A stretch of DNA of 64,000 bases from the human T2T-CHM13v2.0 reference genome, Homo sapiens, in assembly GCF_009914755.1 (NCBI RefSeq), contig NC_060947.1. One strand, given 5' to 3'. Shown one piece after another: positions 52,495 to 64,000 of this stretch (position 1 is the stretch's first letter; the number at the start of each line of letters is the position of its first letter). The notes under the pieces were generated by a model. That model worked only from the letters and a program-made list of their open reading frames with translations. It ran no database searches and was not told where the DNA came from. The translations under genes were made by a program, and so were the position numbers.

Positions 52495-53444
52495 TCCAAA
52501 ACATTTTCATCATACCAAAAGAAGATCCTGTATCCCTGAATCAATCACTCCCCCATTTCCGCCCCCCTCCAGCTGTTGACAACTAATTTGCTTTGTGTTT
52601 CTATGGATTCAGCTATTCTGGATATCTCATAAAAAAATGGAGTCATACAATGTCTACCCTTTTGGGTCTGGCTTCTTTTTTACTTAATATAATGTTTTGA
52701 AGGTCCATCTGTGTTGTAGCATATAATCAGTACTTAATTTCTTTTTGCAACCTACTGATGTTCCATTGTATAGATATAATATATTTCACTTAGTTCATTC
52801 ATCAGATGTTGGACATTTCGCTTGTTTCCACCTTTTCTATTATGAATAATGCTGCTACAAACATTAGTGTACAAGTATTCGTTTTAATACATGTTCTCAA
52901 ATCTTTTGGAGACCTACCTAAGAGAGGAATTGCTGGATTATGTGGTAATTCTATATTTAACTATTTGAGGAACCACCAAATTGTTTTCCATAGTGGTTGT
53001 ACCATTTTACATTTCTATCAATAATGTACAAGGGTTCCAGTTTCTCCACATCCTCACCAACACTGGTTATTTTCCATTTTGTTGATTACAGCCATCCTAG
53101 CATGTGTGAAGTGGTATCTCATTGCGGATTTGGTTTGCATTTCCTCAGTGACAAAAGTGATGATGAACATCTTTTCACATGCTTATGCACCTATCATATA
53201 TCTTTTTTGGAGAAATGTCTGTTCAAGTCCTTTGCCCACTTTTGAAACTGGGTTGACTGTCCTTTTGTTGTTGAGTTATAAATGTTCTTTAAATGTTCCA
53301 TAAACTAGTCCCTTATCCAATATATCTAAATATTGCAAATATTTTATCTCATTCTCTAGGTTGTCTTTTTATTTTTATGATAGTGTCCTCTGATGTACAA
53401 AAGTATTAAAGCTTATTGAAGCCCAATTTATCTGTTTTTCTTTT

Positions 53445-53610
53445 TTTTATTTTTCTTTTTTTATTATTATTATACTTTAAGTTTTAAGGTACATGTGCAC
53501 AATGTGCAGGTTAGTTACATATGTATACATGTGCCATGCTGCGGTGCTGCACCCATTAACTCGTAATTTAGCATTAGGTATATCTCCTAATGCTATCCCT
53601 CCCCCCTGGA
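53445..53610 (-). mobile_element. Severely 5'-truncated L1PA (PA3/PA4-like) 3' end
   Basis: TTATTATACTTTAAGTTTTA..GTACATGTGCACAATGTGCAGGTTAGTTAC; 15-bp TSD ATCTGTTTTTCTTTT (53430-53444, 53611-53625). Confidence 0.92.
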
Positions 53611-56600
53611 ATCTGTTTTTCTTTTGTTACTTATGCTTTCAGTGTTATATTTAAGAAACCATAGCACAATCTAAGGTCATAAAGATTTACTCTTGTGTTT
53701 TCTTTTAAGTTTTATGGTTTTAGCTCTTATATTTAGGTCTTTAAACCACTTCGAGTTAATTTTTGTTTATGGTGTGAGATGGGGTCTAACTTCATTCTTT
53801 GGTGTGTGAATATCTAGTTGTCCCAGTATCACTTGTTGAAGAGACCATTCTTTCCTGATCGAATGATACTGGCACCTTGTAAAAAATCAATTGGCCATAG
53901 ACATATGGGCTTATTTTTGAACCTTCAATTCTATTCTACTGTTCTATAGATCCACCTTTATGCCATACCACACCGTTTTTATTACTATTATCTTTGAATT
54001 AAGTTTTGAAAATGGGAAGTGTGAGTCCTCCAACATTGGTCTTCTTTTTCAAGACTGTTAAGATTGTTTTGGCTGTTCAGGGTTCCTTAAATCCAAATGC
54101 AGATCAGCATTTCCATTTCTTCAAAAAAATCCTTTAGGCTTTCAATAGTGAGTACATTGAATCTGTTGATAGTTTTGGGAAATATTTCCATCTCAACAAT
54201 GTTGTATTCTAATCCATGACACAATGATGTCTTTCCATTTATTTAGTTCTTCCTTAATTACTTTCAGCAGTGTTTTGTAGTTTTCAGTGTGGAAGTCTTG
54301 CACCTTCTTGATTAAATTTATTCCCAAATATCTTATTCTTTTTGATACTATTGATTACTAAATTGTTTTCTGAAATTCATTTTTTGATTTTCCATTACTA
54401 GTTTACAGAAACAAATGATCGTGTACTCTGCAACTTTGCCAAATTTTTTCATTAGTTCTAATAGTTGTTTTATGGATTCTTTAGGATTTCTTATATATAA
54501 GACCATATATATATATAAGATCTTATATATAAGATCTGTGAATAGAGGTAGTTTTACTTCTTCCTAATTTAGATGCCATTTATTATTTCTTGTCTAATTG
54601 CTCTTGATAGAACTTCCAGTACCATGTTAAATAGGAGGAAAAATGTGGATAACCTTGTCTTGTTCCTGATCTTAGGGGAAAAGATTTAAATTTTTCACTA
54701 CTGACTATGATGTTAACTGTGGGTTTTTAATAAACATCCTTTATCAGGTTGAAGGAGTTGCTTTCGGTTCATACTTTGTTGAGTGGTTTAATCATAAAAG
54801 GGTGTTGAGTTTTGTCAGATCTTTTTTTTCCTCATTGAGATGTTCATATGGTTTTTTCCTTCATTCTATTAATTTGTATATCACATTGATATTAATAGAT
54901 TTTTAAAGATGTTTAATCAACCATACATTCCTGGGATTAATCCCACTTAGTCATGGTGTATAATCTTTTTAATGTGTGACTAGATTTGGTTTACTAGTAT
55001 TTTTTTGGGGATTTTTGTACCTGTATAAATAAGTAATATTGGTCTGTAGTTTTGTTTCTTGTGCTATCTTGGTCTGGCTTTGGTATCAGAGTAATGGTGG
55101 CCTTGTAGGAGGAGTTAGGAAGTATCCTCTCCTATTAAAATTTTTTTAGAAGATTTAGACAAGAATTGCTGTTAATTATTCTTTAAATATCTGATAGAAT
55201 TCACCAATGAAGTTATTTGGTTCTGGGCTTCTTAAGGGGGCAAGGGGTGGACTGATCAGTCATTCAATCACCTTACTTGTTATAGATATTTTCAGAATTT
55301 CTATTTCTTCTTGTGTCAATTTTAATAGTTTGTGTGTTTTTAGTAATTTTTCCATTTCATCAAGGTTATCTAATTTCTTGTTGTATAATTGTTCATTGTT
55401 TTCTCTTATGATTATTTTTATTTCTTTAATATTGGCAGTAATGTCCCCACTTTCATTTCTGATTTTATAATTTGAATCTTTCCTTCTTTTTCTGTCAGTC
55501 TAGCTAAATGTTCTTAATATTGTTAATCTTTTCAAAGAATTAACTTTTACTTTTGTTAATATTCTGTAATGTTTTTCTAATATCTGTTTTATTTATCTCT
55601 TGTCTCATAATTACTACTTTCTACCTACAGCTAGCTGTGGGTTTAATTTGTTCTATTACTAGTTCCTTAAATGTAAGTTAGGTTATTAATTTAGGTGTTC
55701 TTTTTAATGTATGCATGTATAATATAAATATCAGTTGGAATATTGCTTTCACTGTATCACATAAGTTTGGTAGATTGAATTTTCATCTTCATTCTTCTCA
55801 AAGTGTTTTTAAATTTTTCTTGTGATTTCTTCTTTGATACGTTTGTCGTTTAAGGGTTTGTTGTTTAATGTCCACATATTTGTGAAATTTTGTTTTTCTT
55901 CTGTTATTGATTTCTGTTTCTAGCTTTACTTCATCATGGTCAGATAGGATACTTTGTATTATTTCAGTCTTTGTAAATTGAGGACTTGTTTTGTGACCTA
56001 ACATACAGTCTATTCTGGAGCATGTTCCACGTGCACTTAAAAATAATGTTTATTCTGCTGTTTTGGGGTGACATGTTCTATCTGTTACATCTAGTTGGCT
56101 TATAGCTTTCTCCGAGTCTTCTATTTTCTTAATGATTTTCTGTCTTCATCTATCTATTATTGAAAGTGGGGTATCGAAGTATCCAACTTTTATTGTAGAA
56201 CTGCATATTTCTCCCTTTAATCCTTGCTTTGTATATTTGGGTTTTCTGTTGTTTGGTGCCTGTATGTTTATAATTGCTGTTTTCTTGATTAATTGACCCT
56301 TTTACCAATATATAACATCTTTCTTTGTCTCTTGTAATAATTTTTGACTTACAGTTAATTTTGTAAGATATTATTATAGGTATCCTAAGCCTTTTTTGTT
56401 AGCTATTTGCATGCAATATCTTTTTTGTCCTTTCACTTTCGTTTCTTTGGATCTAAAGTCTACTCCTTTTAGATAGCGTATAGTTGAATCTTGCTTTTAA
56501 AGTCTGTTCTGCCTATCTCTGCCTTTTAATTGGACAGTTTAATCAATTTATGTTTAAAGTAATTACTGTAAGAAATAACTTACTTCTGCCATGTTGCTGT

Positions 56601-56936
56601 CTTTGTCTATATGTAAAATATTTTTTGTTCTTCAATTTCTCATTTGCTTGCTTTTGGGTTTGATTGATTTTCTCTTCTGCTTTGGGATTCTGCTTTGTAA
56701 AGGACCAATATGGGAAAGCTGTAAATCTATTCTTGCTCATATATTCATGCAATAACTATGAAATAGAAAACCCTCACTTCTATATGTACTTCCTCATTTT
56801 TTCTCAGAGACATGCAAATCTGCCTCTCACTCCCATATCTATTCACTTAAATGTTAAACCATCAGTTCAAACTCACTGGTTCTTGAAATTGATTGCATCT
56901 CATCAGTGGTTCTGAAATTGATTACATCTCATCAGA

Positions 56937-57294
56937 TGATATGATTTGGTTTTGTGTCCCTACCCAGATCTCATCTTGTAGCTCCCATAAGTCCCACGTG
57001 TTGTGGGAGGGACCTGGTGGGAGATGATTCAGTCATGGGGGTGGGTTTTTCCTGTATTGTTCTCATGATAGTGAATGGGTCTCATGAGATCTGATGGTTT
57101 TAAGAATGGGAGTTTCTCTGCACAAGCTCTCTCTTTGCCTACTGCCATCCACATAAGATGTGACTTGCTCTTCCTTACATTCTGCCATGATTGTGAGGCC
57201 TCCCCAGCCAGGTGGAACTGTAAGTCCAATTAAACCTCTAAATTGCCCAGTCTCAGGTATGTCTTTATCAGCAGCGTGAAAATGGACTAATACA
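56937..57294 (+). mobile_element. THE1 (THE1C-like) MaLR solo LTR
   Basis: TGATATGATTTGG..GTAGCTCCCATAA..CATGATTGTGAGGCCTCCCCAGCC..ATGGACTAATACA; TSD TCAGA/CCAGA. Confidence 0.92.
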
Positions 57295-57834
57295 CCAGAA
57301 AATTCATTTCACTTTAGTAAGTGAAATATAACTAGGAGTTCTATTATCCCAGTCCTCAAGGCTTAAGGTTATCTTGGCCTCCTCCCTCTCCCTTAGTCAG
57401 TCCCCCACTCCCATACAGCCACTAAGTGCAATTGCCAGTTCCTCTCTGTCACTTGGATTAAATTTATTCTATTCATTTCCACTACTACTCCTATATTCAT
57501 TGCTCCACACCTGGATAATTGCAGAAGACTTCTGAATCATTTCTTTGCCTTGGGTTTTGGCACCTCCAATATATCCTGCTTGAGTAATCTTCTGAAAGTA
57601 TCCTTTTAAATCAAGACACTTCCCTACTTAAGAACTCATAATAACTATTAATACATGGCCTATCAGTTCAAGTGATGGAACCTCCCAGCCCTCTCTAATC
57701 AGGTTCAAGTTTATGTAACCTTCTCCCCAACCACTGTTAAGGTATGTTGAACTTCTCATGTCATGTAAGAGTCCATCACTGACCAGCCAACATTCATTGT
57801 TTATGCTAATTAGAGTATCCCTCTTCCTTTGCCT

Positions 57835-60390
57835 CTTTAATCATCTTTCAAGAGAGTTTTCTTCCTTCCCCAAATATTTGTTGGATACCTCTTGTGTGCC
57901 AAGGCATATGCTAGATACTGTGGATATAGCTGTTATTGGTACCTGCTATCATAGACCTTATAATCTGTTGCAGAAGATAAACAATAAATTAGTAATTTAA
58001 ATACTGTATGATAGTTGTTAAAATAGAGGAAGGATTTGATGACAGGATTTAGTCCAGAGACCTGGAAAAACTTTCCTACCAAAGTTATTATAAAGTGAAA
58101 CATAAATAATGAGTAAAAGTTAGCCAGGTAGAGAGGATTTGGGATGATATTCCAGACAAAGGTAATAGCGTATGTGAGAACACCTAGGCAAAAGCACAAT
58201 CTGTTCTAGGAAGTGAAATAAAAGAAATGCAGCTGCCACATAGATTCTACAGAGAAAGATTAACAGCAATAATAGTCAGGGGCTGTTATGCAATTATGTG
58301 TGGTCATGTGAGGGCTTGTTGCCATGCTAAGTTCATCCTAAGAACAATGAGAAGCCATTGAAGAAGGAGACTTATATGACTAGGAATTCATGTTAGAAGG
58401 ATCACTCTAGCTATGAAGAATGGATTGGTGGGGAAGAAGAGTAGAAGCAGAGAGACTAGTTAGGAGTGTATTGAAATAATATCAGAAATAAGTAATGGTG
58501 ACTTAGAATAAGCCAGTCACCACTGGGATGTAGAAAAGATGACAAGCTCATGAGATAATTAAGAAATACAATCAACAAAACTTAGTGATGGATCGAATAT
58601 GGTGGGTAAGCCAGGGGGATGTGTCAAACATGGCTTCCAAGTTTCTGGCTTGAACAAGTAGGTAAATAGTGATACCATTTCACTGAAATGGGGAAACTGA
58701 AGGATATGTGTATCTTAGGGGGAGAATATGAGTTCAGTTTAGGATGTGGAGAGTATAAGATGTGAGACATCCAAGGGGAGATGTTAGAGAGTTGGTCGTA
58801 TAAGTCTGGAATGCAGAAGAGGGGTCAAGGTCAGTGACAAGATTTGGAAGTTGTCACCATATAGATAGTAAAGCCATGTGATTGAATTATATCACCTAGG
58901 GAGAGAGAATAAATAGAAGAGAGAGGAGGACTGAGCTGTGGAGTTGTTCAGTGTTTAAAGATCAGGTAGTGAAATAAAGGCCATCAAAGGAGACTGAAAA
59001 TACCAGGGAGAAAGGAGAAAACTCAGAATAGTTTGATATTCACACAACATTTGAATATGGTGACCAAGGGAAGAATGTTTCAAGAGAGAGTAATCGACAG
59101 TATTTGATGCTGCTAAGAAGTCTGGCAAAATAAGGACACAAAGTGACTACTAGGGTTAATAACACAATGGTGATTGATTCCCTGATTTTAGTTATAATGA
59201 GCTGGACTGAGGAGTGAGAGGGAGGTGAGGAAATAGAAACAGTGTAAATAACTAGTTCAAGAGATTCTGCAGAAAAGAGGAAGTGGAGAGACTAGCTAGT
59301 GCGGATGTAGGGTCAAGAGAGGTTGGGTTTTCTTGTTTTTAAGATGAGAAAACATTTGATACGTTTATATGCTGACATAAAAGAACTAGTAGAAAAGGAG
59401 AGGAGAAGGAAAGAGAAGATAATATGATGGCATCAAGAAAAAGGCAGGATTAACCTTAGAAAGGAGGGAGGACACCTCTTCCATTATAACATGAAGAAAG
59501 GAGCAAAAAGTATCCACGTGGATTCAGATAAGTTTGTAGGTTTCATGGCACAAAGCTGGGGCCATTTCCTTCTGACCCTTTTATATTTTCTGTATAGTAG
59601 TAGGAGATGAGATCATTTATTGAGGGAGGGTTCAAGGTGTGAAAGCTAGGAGGTTTGATGAGAGTGGATAAAATAATTTTGAGAATGAGAGAGCATGCTA
59701 AGTAAAAATTGGAATCACCAGGCAGTGTTGAGAGCAGGTTGGTGGTTCTTCTGACACTACTCTACAGACTGAGTGCAGATACAGTGAAGGAAAATGGTTA
59801 ATTTATCCAGGGTTTTACCAAGTGGATATGATAGGAGTTCCATGGATCCAGGGAGCTGGGAATGTGATGGATCATTGAATCCAATACCAATATATAGAGA
59901 AATGATGGCAGGGGAAATCTATGGATAGGGTAAAAATAGAGAGCTCAATATACAGGTGGTCCCAATGAGATGGAAGAGCCTCATTGTCTTGAGAATGATA
60001 GAGTGCATGCAATGGAAGTGTAGGAACTTGTAGTAAGAGAGTAGGGCCAGAATTTATCATTTTAGAGAAGGATCAGATTCTGATACTGACCAAGTCAAGG
60101 GTATGGCTGTAAGAGTGGGTGGCTGAGGTACAGTGGTGAAAGAAGAGATAATTGGAAATATAACTGAAGGGTCAGGGCATTGGCTGGATTATCTATACTG
60201 CCATAGATGTCACCCAAGGTGATGGAAGGATTTGGTGTGTAGAGGAAGTTGAGCACTTAAAGTTTCTAATGAACAGCAGAAGATAGAGATGGTGGAGTGG
60301 TAGTGAGAAAGTGACAGAGATATTGGTGTATGACAACAACAAGAAAGTTAGGAGGCTATTTAGCCAAATGACAGGTGCCTTAAAGTATCA
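57835..60390 (-). mobile_element. Long degraded L2
   Basis: CAAATATTTGTTGGATACCTCTTGTGTGCCAAGGCA 3' end; AAGGATCACTCTAGCT; GAGTTCAGTTTAGGATGTG; purine-rich antisense L2 texture. Confidence 0.75.
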
Positions 60391-60399
60391 GAGCTTATA

Positions 60400-60615
60400 T
60401 GGGATCCAGAGTCAAACTGCCCAAGCTTGAATTTTGGCTCCATCCACCCTGAGTGATGATTGCCAAGTTATGTAGCCTCTGTGCTTCAGATTTTTTACCT
60501 GTAAAATTGGTATGATAATAGAGTCTGCCTTATAGAGTTGTTAAGAAGATTAAATGAATTAATAGCTGAAGAACACTTAGAACAGTAGCTGGGTTATAGT
60601 AACTGCCACACAATT
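60400..60615 (+). mobile_element. MIR
   Basis: CCAGAGTCAAACTGCC..CTGTAAAATTGG..GTTGTTAAGAAGATTAAATGA..CACTTAGAACAGT. Confidence 0.85.
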
Positions 60616-61698
60616 GCCAATTTTCATGTAGGGTTCTACTTTACAGAAGGCTGGGTGCCCAGCTCTGATTATATTCACATAGAAGGTTGCAACCAACTAT
60701 AGGCATCCCATTTGTCAATAAGGGATTTTGTTTCAGTTATATGTGACCTAGTTTTATCACAGATATGTTAACTATATCAGTAGTGGCCCATTCCAGTAAT
60801 GGGTCCTCAGATCCAGGCACGTCAACAGCATAGATGCCATGCTTTCTGAAGCCCACTTTTATTGAGCAAGGGACTGATGGGAAATGTATCAGCTATCTCG
60901 CCAAAGGCTATATTGATAGTGACATTAGACTTATTATATACAGAATGACCCAACAGGAGCTTCATCAGCAGCTTTACATCTACACTAAACAATATGGTAT
61001 AGTCATTCCTATTGGGAAATCACAAATCACAAACCAACTAGCCATCCCCACACTATGAGAGCCCTGCACTACATAGCAAAGCAAGGATGTTGGAAAGGAA
61101 GATAAGAGGATGAAGCCACACCCAAGTAGATACTCTGTGAGAGAGAGTTACACATCACTATAAATCAGTAACTGTCCTGGAGGGTACAATTGGAAGATGC
61201 CATCATGACTTAACATTTTAGGGCATGTCCCAAAGTAAGCGTTTATTCTTTAGTGTTCCCTAACAGATACCACCATGAGGTGATTCTAATAATAGAATGA
61301 TAGACTCTGAGATGTAGAAGAAGGCTTAGAGATTAAAGTGTGCCTTTATTGGGAAATTGGGAAGGTTATATAACAGAATGCAACATCTTTGACTGCTGAG
61401 GTGTATGGGAACTCTGAAATCAAATAATGTAACCAACCTTAACCCCACCCTCACATACATTCATTTATTCATTCACATATCCATTTGACAAATAATTATT
61501 TACTGGGATATATTAGTGAACAAACCAAACAAAAATCCCTGTCACTGTGGAATTTACAGTCTAGTTAGTGTGAAGAAAGGAGGAGGGACTACATAGCAGT
61601 GTATTCAACCAAAAGAATCATGGTAATTTATTTAAAAATAATGAGTTACTTCATTTTTACCTGCCAAGATGACACAAGACTATATTGAAAGAGAAACA

Positions 61699-62057
<359 letters not shown>

Positions 62058-62305
62058 TTAAATACCCCTTTGGAAAATGTCTGATAAAATGACAATGAGC
62101 ACTTCTGGCCCATTCTGGAGACATCTATTAACAATGGTGAGTGCCTTAAGCCAAAGGTGGAAAGGTAGAATTTTAACATTAGTGAGCTGGAAGGGGCTGG
62201 GTGTTTTGAGGACCAGGAATCTTTTTTTCAATTTGGCCCTGGCTATTGGTCCTCTTTTTTGAGCTAGACACTGTGCTAAGATTCTAGATTTAAATAAGTT
62301 AGTTC

Positions 62306-64000
<1,695 letters not shown>

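Larger units (their letters stand above)
52225..56660 (-). mobile_element. Long degraded L1MB-type LINE-1 (ORF2 and 3' UTR) hosting two younger inserts
   Basis: Continuous T-rich antisense L1; ORF 55798-56004 (LGHKTS..F.KTEIIQSILSDH..KLE) is an ORF2 endonuclease-region remnant. Confidence 0.9.

Noticed and set aside
60730-61290. Possible additional old LTR between MIR and L2 fragments
   Set aside because: Could not match termini, a TSD or a family from memory

Overview
This is primate (very likely human) genomic DNA. It is about 40% GC by eye, CpG-depleted and rich in interspersed repeats: Alu, L1, L2, MIR, MaLR/ERVL LTRs and hAT MERs. I can support no protein-coding exon; the supplied ORFs are repeat-derived or chance. 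The main functional landmark is a CpG-rich, probably + strand promoter/first-exon region at about 46.1-47.8 kb, carrying a (TG)12-(AG)30 compound microsatellite, GC boxes and a G4 motif. I cannot name the gene. The most notable observations are: (i) a 163-bp L1-mediated insertion at 38.56 kb combining a 3' transduction with a twin-priming inversion; (ii) a perfect 22-bp inverted repeat in apparently unique DNA at 7.76 kb; (iii) a recursive-splice-site/RS-exon-like arrangement at 6.15-6.29 kb, next to an inverted octamer pair; (iv) a BC200 retrocopy; (v) several atypical retrotransposition products (monomeric young Alu, tailless AluJ, twin-primed L1PA). I found no evidence for a novel multi-gene system. 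Repeat subfamily calls come from my recall of consensus sequences, and boundaries of old repeats are approximate.
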